Shown here one piece after another: positions 1-11,589 of a DNA stretch of 64,000 nucleotides. The position numbers and the translations under genes are program-made. Source of the stretch: Eledone cirrhosa (Eukaryota). Below the pieces are notes generated by a model that worked only from the letters and a program-made list of their open reading frames with translations, was not told the origin of the DNA and did no database searches. Each line of letters begins with the position of its first letter. The stretch's first letter is position 1. Where the stretch lies: NCBI GenBank assembly GCA_964016885.1, contig OZ024741.1:64728001-64792000 (forward strand), in the 5' to 3' direction.

Positions 1-57
1 TCAGTTCCCGTCCCACCCTTGCAAGCAGAGAAAAGTGGACGTATGATGATGATGATG
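1..57 (+). mobile_element. 3' end of RTE-tailed SINE with (GAT)n tail
   Basis: Nearly identical to 10721-10787 and to the RTE end at 8307-8369. Confidence 0.8.
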
Positions 58-124
58 CTGAGAAATGCTTATGTATTTTAAGTGGAATTTAAAAAGATAT
101 GCATCAGATTATCAACTGTTAATA

Positions 125-1003
125 TGGGCATTACTGTCAGCAACGATTTGCGTTGGACAAAGCATGTCTCTAAGATTGTCAAGAAGGCCGAGGGTGTCTT
201 GGCATCACTCAGCAAGACCTTTGTTAGCCGCTCTCCAGCCGTCTATTTAAAACTGTATACAGCTATGGTACGACCACACTTGGAATTCGCATCATCAGTC
301 TGGAACCCCTATCTTGCTCAGAACATTGACCTCCTGGAAACTGTTCAGAGACGTGCAACCAAGCGCATACCCTCCATCAGACACCTACCATACTCTGAAC
401 GCCTTGCTTCCCTGGGCATGGATTCATTGAAGCTCCGACGTCTGGCAATGGACTTGGTGAATACCCACAAAGTTTTTAACCATCTCGCCAATTGCAACCC
501 TGAGCGCCTCTTTGATCTCCATGTGTCTAACACACGTGGACATGCCTACAAGATCAGAAAACAGCACAGCTCCCATGAATTTCGTAGACATTTTTTCACG
601 CTCAGAGTTGCTGAAGCATGGAACAAACTGCCTGCGTCAATTGTTAGCTGCCGAGACACTGCATCCTTTAAGACACTCATGCTTCCCGAAATACGCCAAA
701 ACTACACCTGATGTACCCCTTCCATACACATGCACACGTGTGTATCATGACTCGTGCACTGTTCATTTTACTGATGTTTGTGCATTGCCCTATGTACTGT
801 ACATGCACTTTTTTGATGAGTTGTGGTGCACCTGGGCACTGTACACAATATTTCATTATTGTTATCATTATTATATCATGACTCATACACTGTTCATTTT
901 CCTGACATTTGTACATTATTCTATGTACTATACATGCACCTTTGATGAGTTGTAGTGCACCTGAGAACTCTACACAATAATTTCATTATTATTATTCATT
1001 ATT
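125..1003 (+). mobile_element. 5'-truncated CR1-like LINE (ORF2 C-terminus to stop at 711, 3' UTR, ATT tail) followed by a second 3' UTR stub (876-1003)
   Basis: LYTAMVRPHLEFASSVWNP...RRATK...TRGH...RVAEAWN.LP, typical CR1/L2 ORF2 end; highly similar to 34080-34837. Confidence 0.92.
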
Positions 1004-1584
1004 ATAATCAAATATTCTAGGTCTAAACTTCAGTAGTGATTCTGAAAATAAAATATAATAGTAATAAATAAACATGAATGAAACAGAGTTTATATATAAA
1101 ATATATATCATCAATATCACTCAATGTCCATTTTTTCTATGAGTAAGGGTTGGATGGGTGACCACTTAGTCAGTAATCAAGTGGGGCCACTGACCTCTCA
1201 GATGGGTCAGGAGGCATTTAAAAAAAAAGAATTGCGATAAAATCATAATTAGAAGTGATTTAAAAGCTGAACAATGCACATGATAAAACATGTAAAACAT
1301 GGTTTTATAGAAATTTTTCAGCCTCTTGTCAAAGAATGGTAACTTTCAAATCAGAACAGTTTCATTAGCTTTCAGTAATAAACTGAAATGTTTCAATTAG
1401 CCTTGAAAGGAATACATCGTCAGAAGAGGGTTCCTCTTTCCAAAAGTCAATAGGAATGAATAATCTTTGAAACAAGCTGATGTAGATTTCATTAACATTC
1501 TGCAAAATGGTGCTGCTTGTATCACCTGTATTAATAAGATACTTTAACTCTTTGTATTCTATCATTCCCAACTTCCTATTAGTG

Positions 1585-1844
1585 TTAATCCTTTATCATT
1601 TAAACCGTCCGTATCTTACCAGAAATCTCTCACCTCTTTCTGTTCAAACTGGCTGTAACCAGTTTGAACAGAAAGAGGTGAGAGAATTCTGGCTTAACAT
1701 CAAACTGATGTTAAGGTATTGTCCTCAAAATAAACAATATCAAAATCTCATAGATTCAATATTATGTGAGATAATTGTGAGGTAAAGCCTTTACTGTGAA
1801 AATATAATAGTCAATATAGAGTGCTATAAATACTAAAGGGTTAA
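1585..1844. mobile_element. piggyBac-like MITE, family 1, with internal hairpin
   Basis: TTAA-(T/C)CCTTTA...TAAAGGG-TTAA termini; related copies at 15044-15269, 39313-39507 and partial 48390-48514. Confidence 0.65.
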
Positions 1845-1923
1845 ACAATAGAATGTGTTTTATGCCATAAGGCAGAAGAGAAGATACGTTTCTTCTGAAG
1901 AATACCTAACACCACCACCCGAG

Positions 1924-2275
1924 TCATGTCAGCCTGGGTAGTGTGGGGAGAGCATTATCTTGTGTGTAGAAGCCCATGTGCAAGCTGCCTTGTGGTTTCA
2001 GCAGACAGAATGGAGAAAACGTTGCCCCAGAGGATGGTGAATAGCTATTCCACCTCATGCGGGTGGCCAACTCTGTCCTGATAGTAGTTAGTAGGGAGAT
2101 GGTACGGGGTCCAAGAACACCAGAAGTTTCTACTTCTATATGTTCGACCACATAACTATGACAGAGCAACTGATACTTTAACAGTTTGCTCTCTTTGGCC
2201 TGACAAGCAGAAGCCTGGGTTAGTCCCTGAAAGCACCAGGTTGCCATGGGAGAAGGTGACCTTGCATGTAGCATC
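1924..2275 (-). mobile_element. decayed C-terminal fragment of a CRE-like (restriction-like endonuclease) non-LTR retrotransposon
   Basis: KLLKYQLL..SY..EHIEVETSGVLGP then, frameshifted, ILWGNVFSIL; resembles the K..KY..L....F.P.A.ET.G..G...AI.RGNA pattern of CRE-clade proteins. Confidence 0.65.
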
Positions 2276-2417
2276 CAAGATGATGAGCTTACCTCAACTG
2301 TTGATAGATATTTCAGATTAAGAAAAGTAAAGTTGCACTTGCATTGAGAATAATATACTGACCGATTTAACAGGGGTTAATGAATTAAATTAGAAATATG
2401 ATTGCAATATAACTTAC

Positions 2418-2492
2418 CTCGGCCATCACAAGTCTTTCTATTATTATGTTCAAAGTTTCTGTATTTAGACATTTAACCACACCTTCAAATCC
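2418..2492 (-). CDS. PRKAG: AMPK gamma exon (start of CBS4): GFEGVVKCLNTETLNIIIERLVMAE; the following VHRL exon is outside the window
   Basis: 75 nt, tAG/GTaag; FEGV.KC...ETL motif. Confidence 0.95.
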
Positions 2493-2851
2493 CTATTAAA
2501 AAAATAGAAAGAATAAAAATAATCAATTACTCAAGGAATACAATATCAGCATCGTTTAACACTCATTTTCCCTGCTAGCATGGGTTGGACTAATAATTTA
2601 TATTTTTCAAGAACATAATTGAAAATGAAAGGGAAATTCACAATCTCAATCTTAAGAATTTCTTAATTCTAAAGAAAATTTACAAAACATTACATATGTT
2701 TTTAGTTAAACGTTAAATACATAACATTTCAGCATAAAATAGCAATAAATATAAAAATGTTATTAAAACCAAAACAATTTACTGAAATGACTAATATCCT
2801 AAACCAATATTCTATGTCTAAAAATATTTTTATGATGCCTCTATACTTTAT

Positions 2852-3288
2852 TTAACCCTGTTGATACTAAACCACCTGAAACTGCCCTGGATTTATGATA
2901 CAAAGCTGCTCATTTAAAAATGTTTGTATAAAAACATTTCATCAATCTTATTTTAGAAATTATTGTTAACTAATGATAAAAATTGACTAAACTGACCCCA
3001 GTGTATTACTGGTACTTTATTTTATCGACCTCGTAAGGACGAAAGGCAAAGCTATCCTCAACAGGATTTGAAGTCAAAACGTAAAGGGCCACAACTAAAT
3101 ACTGCAAAGCATTTTGTCCAACGCTCTACCAATTCTGCCAAGCCACCGCCCTAAATAATGTTATAAACATCAGCTTTCTAATGAAAAACTTATTTTATTA
3201 AATTCCTCTAAATTTTTGATTATTTAAAAAATTAATTGAAGCACATAGGTAGTGTATTTCATTAAAAATATTGTAATGAAAGAGTGAA
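2852..3288. mobile_element. piggyBac-like MITE, family 2, interrupted by a minus-strand family A SINE (about 2990-3151)
   Basis: TTAACCCTGTTGATAC start, degenerate GAAAGAGTGAA end; body matches 28547-28779 and 61818-62052. Confidence 0.55.
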
Positions 3289-4242
3289 CAATAAATGTAT
3301 CACAAACACTGAAGTCTCATAAGTACTGGTACTTGGTATTAAGTGAATAACAGATGAATCTTCCTTTGGAGAACATACCAATTTATAGCAGGTATATTTC
3401 TAGAAGATCAGTTGAGTTAAGTATCCTTCCAAAATACTCAGCTGACTTAATTCTTATTTCTAAGGTACTTTTAAATTCACATAGACACACTTTAAGATAT
3501 GACATCACAAAATTAGTGTATACTTGGCTGTTCATTCCTAGGACGTACATGGAGTTTTCATTATTTCTTTTGACATAAATACAATGTTTGTTCATGCGTA
3601 TTACCATGGATTTGTTTTTGTTTATGCTTTTCACACTTATAAAATTTTGGTTCATGCATAAATTCATTTAGGAAGAACTTGACTTGTACAGAATGAGAGG
3701 CTCTTAGAATGTAGTAGCATAACAAAGTTGAATGAGGCCCGAGCAATTAACCAAACCTTTTTTCTATATTCAAATTACAACATAAGTAATTACAACATTA
3801 AGTAATACTAGTTAGCATGTTTTCAGTGCTATGAGTAATAAATTATAAATACTGAAAACTAAAACCATAAAAACGTAACATCTCAAATTCTTGATAAAGT
3901 TTAACTATAAGCTTATTTACATTCAGTCATAATTACTAATACACTCCATAGAGATGATAGTTTTACAGCAACATATCAACTACAATATGACAAATTTCTA
4001 ATTCAAATTAATATTTAGTTGCTGTGAAATGTGATAAAATTGTATAATAAAGCATATAATTCACAAAGGTTAATTTTGTCATTTATCCTTCTGAAGCCAA
4101 TGAAATACAGTACCAGTCAAGCACTGGGGTCAATATAATTGACTTCCCCCACCAAATTGCTGGCTTTGCTGTACCTAAATTAAAAATCACTATAATAGAG
4201 TATATAGGAAGTCAAAACAAAATTTATAAAAGTAATACTTAC

Positions 4243-4314
4243 AGCTGTTCTATGTTCTAAAGCCTGAGATATTGTAACATCTAAATTATTGTATGTCTTT
4301 TCAGCAGCAAGATT
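4243..4314 (-). CDS. PRKAG: AMPK gamma exon: [24 protein letters not shown]
   Basis: 72 nt, cAG/GTaag; [12 protein letters not shown] motif. Confidence 0.97.
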
Positions 4315-5013
4315 CTGTACAAAAGAATGTAATAATGATTATTTCAAATATAACATAGCGGGCAGGTATGTTTCTATAAAATATAAACTTTACTCAGAAA
4401 TAAAAGAAATTTACAAATCATCAACATTTACATATTTAAAAAAAGCAGAAAAGGAATTAAACATTAAATATTGAAAGTAAGGGAAAGGGGGAGGAAGCAG
4501 CAGACTCAACACTTCAGTTTAGGGGCTATATCTCAATTAAGCCCCATAAATAAAATGGAAAAGGCACTGCTATAGAGAACAGCCAGGATGCACTCCTCCC
4601 ACTTTTGCATAGGAAAATGGCAGTTTGGGGACTGAGGACCCCATAGGTTTGGACAATAACCAGCACAAAAAATAAAAATAATAATAAAGGAAGTGGTCAG
4701 TCAAGTCTCAAATGTTTTATAGTAGAGAATTCAGTTAAGTTTCTTGAAGAATAGCAAAGGAAGTCGGCCATGGGAAAAAATTAAGTGATTCTGATTATTC
4801 ACAATTTACTAGATACAAAAAAGGTTTCTCTATATTTGAACCCATCACATGTAGAATTTGAGGGACACACTCCAACGTTTGGTTCATAGTTCTCCTCTCT
4901 GTTTTTCTACTGCTGATAATCAAGTAAGTTGAAATTCATAAATGAACTACTCATGAATTTCTTCTCTAAAGCAAATTTATGTAGCATGAAATAAGAAAAA
5001 AAATGGTACTTAC

Positions 5014-5136
5014 AATCACATCAAATTTAGCATAAACATCTACAACTTTGCCCTGTTCATCAACTACTGGTAGTGCCGATATACGATTTTCTACAAATAA
5101 GTTTAATGCTTTGATGATTGGTGTGTCTGGCCCGGC
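5014..5136 (-). CDS. PRKAG: AMPK gamma exon (CBS3): [41 protein letters not shown]
   Basis: 123 nt, cAG/GTaag; RISALPVVD and KFDVI motifs. Confidence 0.97.
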
Positions 5137-5666
5137 CTGTAACAGAATAACAACAACAATAATTTGAAAATATAAGAATCCTAAACACAGAAAATAGCTG
5201 TAATAACAGTTGATTACAATAAATAATAGGAGTATATTTTACTTGATTCTCTCAGCTATTATTTATAGCAATCAAGTATTATTTTCTGCATTTGGGATTC
5301 TAACGTTTTTAAATTTCAAATCTCTCAGTGTTTCAATAATTCTTGTGGTTTGTTTGCTTCTAGCAACAACAACAACAATAATACTATACTGACTTGAAGA
5401 TAAAAATTGCACAAATTTGTTCAATGTCACCCAACAGCATTAAGATAATTCTAGTTGTCATCAGATCTAGTTTTGGGTTCAATACCACTAAAACTGATAG
5501 TATATCTTAAGCAAATAGACCTTGAATCACAAATTGCTTTCCTACAAAAAATTGCTCTGTTGGGCACTGCATATCTACTGAAGAAAGTACTGTCTGTCTC
5601 CAATTCCTGATGAGATTCAACAGGCAGTAGAAGATCCAGTAATTATCATATTTACTGTGAAAATCA

Positions 5667-6745
5667 ATCATCATCATCATCATCACCGTTTTACGTCCGT
5701 TCTTCCACGCTAGCATGGGTTAGACGGGTTATCCTGTTGTGGGCAGTGTCTGGTCGGCTGACCATGCCTTGCTCATACAGGAACTGATTTGGCTTGATTT
5801 CTACAGCTGGATGCCCTTCCTAACACCAACCTCATTTACAGTGAGTGCTGGGTGCTTTTTCGTGGCGCCTACACGTCCACTTTACAGTGTGGGCTGGGTG
5901 CTTTTTTGCCGTGGCACCTCCACGACCACCTTGCAGTGGGGGTGTGGGGGCATATTGTTTATATGCTTCAGCTTGTACCCATGGGAGGTCGGGTACTCTG
6001 TATTACTGCGTGACGCCAGAGGTCACGGTCGTGTGTCATTGCCTTTGAGAGGTGTAATTGGGTAAGGTCGGCTTTTATCACCTCATCCCAGGTCATCTTG
6101 GGTCTCCCCACTCCGCAGTTTCCATCGACTTCTAGTGCTCTGCACCTTTTTATGCAGCTGTCATCCTTCATACGCATCACATGTCCATACCAACGCAACC
6201 GCCTCTCCTGCACACAGCATTTGATTCCTCTTATGCTCAGTCTCTCTCTCAATTCATTTATGCTTTGTCGTTCGCGTATATTACTATTACACATCCATCG
6301 GAGCATGCAGGCTTCGTTTCTCTCTAATCTACGTAAGTCTTCCACCTTCAGCGCCCAGGTCTCACTACTATGCAACATCGCTGTTCGGATACACGCATCA
6401 TACAGTCTGCCTTTCATTTTGAGGGAGAAGCCTTTTGCAGCTAGCAGTGGTAGTAGTTCCCTAAACTTCTTCCATCCCGTTCTTACCCTAGTTATTGTAC
6501 TTTCTGAAGACCCACCTCCGCTGCTAATTCGGTCACCTAGGTAGCAGAAGCTGTCTATTATTTCTACAGAGCCCTCCCAGAGATTGGTGGAACTTGTTTC
6601 CTGTGGCTGTTTGCTGCTTGCTGTCCCAGCACAGCTGCTGCATGTGAAGCCTACATTCTTAATTAAGCTTCCTGAGATCCCACTACATCTCTTGTGTACC
6701 CATTGTTTGCATTTGGGGCAGAGAATGGAGTTCCTACCTACCTAC
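5667..6745 (-). mobile_element. 5'-truncated RTE-clade LINE (PHD-finger family): ORF end at 5968, repeat-containing 3' UTR, (GAT)n tail
   Basis: KGRLYDACIRTAMLHSSETW...RLRWYGHVMR...GRPK.TW; upstream CPKCKQWVHKRC...CSSC. Confidence 0.9.
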
Positions 6746-6820
6746 AATGATAATAATAATAATTTATGAAATACAAAGATTTACTACCACCACCATCACT
6801 ACTACTACTACTACTACTGT

Positions 6821-6995
6821 TAATAATTGTTTTTACTTTTGGCACAAGGCCAGCAATTACCCAGTACATTACTGGCATTTTATTTTATTGACCCCCGTAA
6901 AGATGAAAGGCAAAGTTAACCTCGGTGGGATTTGAACTCAGATCATAAAAGGCCGTAACTCTATGTTAGATGCTCTAACAATTCTGCCAATCCAC
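6821..6995 (-). mobile_element. tRNA-derived SINE family A (ATT tail)
   Basis: B-box GAGTTCAAATCC, core GCCTTTCATC(C/T)TTACGGGG, tail GGCCTTGTGCC..AAAC-ATTATT; many copies in window. Confidence 0.85.
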
Positions 6996-7006
6996 GATAA
7001 TATTTT

Positions 7007-7326
7007 AAAGGCCCCCATCGGTCATTAATGACCATGGTTTTGCACCTAGAAAGTTTCCCTTTGAGGCACAAGCCTGGGCAAGGCTTTTTGTAGAAGACCA
7101 GTTGCCCATGCCTGCCAGTCTCAACTCTCCATGCCAGCGATGTTGTTCAAGGGAAAAGCAATGGCCAATACAGCTTGGCACCAGTGATGTCCCAATTCAT
7201 TTCTACAGCTGAGTGAACTGGAGCAATGTTAAATAAAATATCTTGCTCAAGGACATAATGCATCACCAGGTCCAAGAATCAAACTCACAACCCCAATGCT
7301 CTAACTACTAAGTCATGTGCCTTCAC
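7007..7326 (-). mobile_element. tRNA-derived SINE family B with CORE-like central domain
   Basis: Head GAAGGCACATGACTTAGTAGTTAGAGC and CCTTGAGCAAGA...CTCAGCTGTAGAAATG; matches 50296-50625 and the head of 10444. Confidence 0.8.
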
Positions 7327-7560
7327 ATAATAATAATAATTGTTTCTACTTTTAGGCACAAGGCCAGAAATTTTGCGGGGGGAGGAGGAGTCGATTAAAT
7401 CGATTCTAGTGCATGACTGGTACTTTATTTTATTGATCCCGTAAGGATGAACGGCAACCCTAACCTTTACAGGATTTAAATCAAAATGTAAAGAGCCGTA
7501 ACTCTATGCCACAAAGCATGGTGTCCGATGCTCTACCAATACTGCCAATCCACTGCCCTC
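7327..7560 (-). mobile_element. SINE family A, long variant
   Basis: Same head and tail as 6821; its ATT tail abuts the head of the family B SINE. Confidence 0.85.
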
Positions 7561-7639
7561 ATATAATAATAAAAAAAATTTAATGTTAATTATTTGAAAG
7601 AGTATAAAATAATTATAAAGATTGATTAGGGAGAAATTT

Positions 7640-8369
7640 GGTAGGGAGAAATATGTATGCAGTAGATGTACAGGGAAATTAGACAGTAGAAGTCGCACTG
7701 ATAGACACATTTTTCAAATGCGAGAGGGCGCTATAGAAGTGGTGGATAGCTTCCGGTACCTAGGAGATCAGATTAGCATGGGAGGAGGGTGTTCCGAGGC
7801 CATAGTATCTAGAATAAGGACGGGTTGGAAGAAGTTTAGGGAGCTGCTTCCTCTGTTGACGAAGAAGGGTTTCTCCCTGCGTACGAAAGGCCGGTTGTAT
7901 GATGCCTGTGTGAGGAGCGCGATGCTGCATGGTAGTGAGACATGGGCAGCAACCGCAGAGGATATGCGACGGCTGGAGAGAAATGAGGCAAGCATGCTCC
8001 GTTGGATGTGCAGTGTAAATGTGCGTGAACGACCCAGCATAAATGTGTTGAGAGAGAAACTGTGTCTGAGAGGGATAGAATGTAGTGTACGGGAGAGGAG
8101 ACTGAGGTGGTATGGACATGTGATGCGCATGGATGATGACCGATGGGTGAAGAAGTGCCAGGAAATGCCAGTTGAAGGAAGACGTGGTAGAGGTAGACCC
8201 CGAAAAACATGGGCGGAGGTGGTGAGAACAGACCTCAGATCATTGAAGCTCACGGTGGAGATGACGAGGGACCGTGACGAGTGGAGAGATGCTGTGCTGA
8301 ATAAGACCCGTCCCACCCTTGCAAGCAGGGAAAAGCGGACGTAAAATGATGATGATGATGATGATGATT
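7640..8369 (+). mobile_element. 5'-truncated RTE-clade LINE; uninterrupted ORF to 8344 directly followed by (GAT)n tail
   Basis: ORF 7622-8344: EVVDSFRYLG...RIRTGWKKFREL...MLHGSETW...RLRWYGHVMR...RGRPRKTW. Confidence 0.92.
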
Positions 8370-8447
8370 CATTAATTGCTCTAAATTGGGGCAAATTTTC
8401 ATCTACTCTAAATTATCTATTTTATAATTCAAAATACATTTACTTAC

Positions 8448-8528
8448 TGTGATGATATTATCATAGGTTCCTATATTGAGCTCAGCCAAAGTTTGATGCA
8501 TGAAATCTGGTCTAGGAAGGTCATTAAT
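8448..8528 (-). CDS. PRKAG: AMPK gamma exon: INDLPRPDFMHQTLAELNIGTYDNIIT
   Basis: 81 nt, tAG/GTaag, phase 0/0; L..L.IGTY.NI motif. Confidence 0.96.
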
Positions 8529-9004
8529 CTAAAGAAAAGAATAAAGAATTAATTAGTGTATTTCATATTTAAAAAAATAGTATAATTTTATAATTTATTC
8601 AACTGACCACACAGAAATTAAGTGAGGTTTAACTCTTCACATCCTGTACCACATGAAACCACAATAGTAAAACATTCTAGAAAAGTTTAAAACAGCACTT
8701 GACTAGATTACATTAAAAGTTCAAATATAATGCTAATACTGCAAATTTTTACCATGATCTATTCAGTAGTAAAGAGAGTATAAGCATTTAAATTTACAAA
8801 TCTGTATGTAGATATTTTCTGCTAAATCAATACAGGATATTAAGAGTTAAACTTAGAAATATAGAATAGCTGATATAAAAATATTACAATGACAAACTAA
8901 TAAAGCTATAATTAGAGTATTTCTTGGTGTATGATGCATTTTTTAAGCAGTAAATTTGATGTCAAAATCTGCTTGTATCCAATACATCAAAAGTATGAAT
9001 ATCA

Positions 9005-9190
9005 TAATAATTGTTTCTACTTTAGGCACAAGGCCAGCAATTACCCAGTACATTACTGGTACTTTATTTTATCGACCCCGTAAGGATGAAAGGCAAAGTC
9101 AACCTCGGCGGGATTTGAACTCAGATCGTAAAGGGACGTAACTATGCTGGAAAGCATGGCGTCCGACCCTCTACTGATACTGCCAATCCA
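9005..9190 (-). mobile_element. SINE family A
   Basis: Near-identical to 11817-12004 and, inverted, to 38676-38853. Confidence 0.88.
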
Positions 9191-9357
9191 ATGATTTCTT
9201 TTTTGTTGGAGCAGGAAAATGATTAAAATCAATTTCTTCTATTAAAAATGTCAAGAAGACATCACAATTGTTGTTTTATTTATAGTGATCTATACAGACA
9301 TCTATCTTTCTGTTCCTCTTTTCAGAGTATGTTCATAGATCAATTAACCACAAAAAT

Positions 9358-9472
9358 CGACCCCCGTGCGTTACTGGTGCTCTATTTTATTGACCCTGTG
9401 AGGATGAAAGGCAAAGCTTAATCTCAGCAGGATTTGAACTCAGAATGCAAAGGGCTGTAACTCAATGCTGTG
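9358..9472 (-). mobile_element. SINE family A fragment
   Basis: Core AGGATGAAAGGCAAAG...GGATTTGAACTCAG on the plus strand. Confidence 0.7.
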
Positions 9473-9674
9473 AAGTAATAATAATATGTCTACTATACAC
9501 AAACTGTGTATAGGTCTAGCTAACTATCTAAATAGAAATGTATAGTTTCATTTATTTTAATACCTTATTAGTACCAATATGAGAGAGAGAGAGAGTGAGT
9601 TCTGCTGGAAATTTAATAAATTGGATAGGAACAATTTTATAATAAATCAAGTTTTACAATGAATATATACTTAC

Positions 9675-9853
9675 ATAAAGATACATAAACCTTAAGATCC
9701 TTTTATGTGTTAATATGTAAATAGCATTGCCTGTATTTTTGTCAATCACAGGCAACCGATGAACATGGTTCATTATTAACATTTTTACAGCTTCAAATAA
9801 ACTAGCATCAGGTTCTATGTGAACGAATGGTTTTTGTTTGTCCTTTAAAACTT
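9675..9853 (-). CDS. PRKAG: AMPK gamma exon (CBS2): (E)[59 protein letters not shown]
   Basis: 179 nt, cAG/GTaag; HRLPV and LTHKRIL motifs. Confidence 0.97.
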
Positions 9854-9925
9854 CTGAAAAAGTAAAAGAAGCAAAATTGTGTTATTACAAAAATTATCAT
9901 AAGTATTCAAACATTTATCAGATAC

Positions 9926-10215
9926 AGATATGGCTGAGTGAATAAGGAGTTCATTTCACAAACAGTTGATTTTAGGTTCAATCTCGTTGCATGGCACCTT
10001 TAGGCTAGTGTCTACTGATATAGCCTCGGGTTAATTAATGCCTTGTGAATGGTATTTGGTTGATGGAAACTGCAGAAGCCCATTCTGTGTGTGAGTGTCC
10101 CATAACTTAACAGTTCGACAAAAGAGATCAATAAAATACCAAACTTGAAAAATAAGTACTGGGGTCAATATGATCGATTAAATCAAGATTATGTCCCAGC
10201 ATGGATGTAGTCCAC
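9926..10215 (+). mobile_element. old tRNA-derived SINE family C
   Basis: ATGGCTG.GTG...GGTTCAAT...GGCACCTT...GCCTTGTGAATG...GATGGAAACTG; related copies at 18734-19075, 63146-63268 and 14415-14525 (minus). Confidence 0.65.
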
Positions 10216-10340
10216 TTTAGAGATTATTTCAAATTCAGTAAACAGTATCATCTAATCACTTACTGTGAGTTTGAAATGAAAACTTTTTTATTTGATCATC
10301 TATCAAGCTATGGCTTGATATTCACTGAATACCAGAATAT

Positions 10341-10443
10341 CTGACATTTGTACATTATTCTATGTACTATACATGCACCTTTGATGAGTTGTAGTGCACC
10401 TGAGCACTGTACACAATAATTTCATTATTATTATTATTATTAT
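10341..10443 (+). mobile_element. CR1-like 3' UTR stub with (ATT)n tail
   Basis: Matches 902-994 and 34727-34837. Confidence 0.85.
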
Positions 10444-10787
10444 GGAGGCACATGGCTTAGTGGTTAGAGCATTGGCCTTGCAATCGAAAGGTTGTGAGTT
10501 CAATTCTCAGACCGGGTGGTGTGTTGTTTCCTTGAGCAAGACACTTTATTTCACATTGCTCCAGTTTACTCAGCTGTAGAAATGAGATGCTAGGGACTGA
10601 GGTCCTTATCATTCCACTGCAAAGTGGTCGTGTAGGTGCCACGGCAAAAAAGCACCCAGCACTCACTGTAAATGAGGTTGGTGTTAGGAAGGGCATCCAG
10701 CTGTAGAAATCAAGCCAGTATCAGTTCCCGTCCCACCCTTGCAAGCAGGGAAAAGCGGACGTAAAATGAAATGATGATGATGATGAT
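10444..10787 (+). mobile_element. composite SINE: family B tRNA/CORE-like head, RTE 3' UTR domain, RTE terminus with (GAT)n
   Basis: A-box TGGCTTAGTGG and B-box GAGTTCAATTC; 10620-10718 matches inverted 5790-5940; 10727-10769 identical to 8307-8349. Confidence 0.85.
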
Positions 10788-11589
10788 TATCTCCTTTATT
10801 GAATAAATGCTATTAAATGATAATTATATACAGATGCTATTTAGCTATATGCTGGGTGTTGTTTAGCCCCAGGTTAGCTCTGATTAAGCAGGAATATTAT
10901 CAAGGCATAACAATAACAGTATTCAATGTGTATTTCCTTTCTCAAAATGGTAGTGTGGTTGGAGAAAGATTTGGATGCTATTTCTAGCAGGATGAGTAAC
11001 CATGTAATAGGCAGCCTCACTGGCTTCTAGAACTATGGTTGTTTGAAGTTTATAAAAAAAAAAAAAAAAAAGAATTTTCTTAAATGTCTGAAATGATTTA
11101 ATAAAATTATAATTTTTCAGGCTAATAACATTTATCTTTAGAGTTTAACAATTTCAATATTTCATCATATCCCTGCATATTGTAAAAAGCAACTAAAATG
11201 GTTGGTATCAGGAGATGAACTTCTTAACCATTTGGCCATACTGTAGTCATTCATACAATAATTCAGTATAGCAACTTTAAATCTCATCATGCTTAGATTT
11301 CTAAAAAGATGAATTTATCTGAAATTTGATATTAAAAAGACTATTTGTCACAGGATTACTAATAATAGGGGTTTTATCAAAATACACTAAGTTTACATAT
11401 TCTTTAACTTTCACATCAAATTGAAAGAATGAGTGGTAGGTTTCATCCGTCTTACACTGTTCTTGAGTGCTTTTAGCAGTGTTCCACTCTGTTGAAAGCA
11501 TTCAAACTAGTTTTGGAAGCTCTGGAAGGGGTCATGGGCAATGCCTTTCTCTTTGTAACTGAACAGTAAATAATTATTTCTTTATAACA

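Noticed and set aside
1-2417. Final AMPK-gamma exon (VHRLVVVD...)
   Set aside because: Not found on the minus strand here; presumably lies beyond the window start.
3354-3746. Overlapping short ORFs in AT-rich intron (and similar 60-100 aa ORFs elsewhere)
   Set aside because: No domain motifs or consistent splice signals; expected by chance.
10444-10515. tRNA-like sequence with A and B boxes (also SINE A heads)
   Set aside because: It continues into SINE body and tail, and I could not build a convincing cloverleaf; not called as a tRNA gene.
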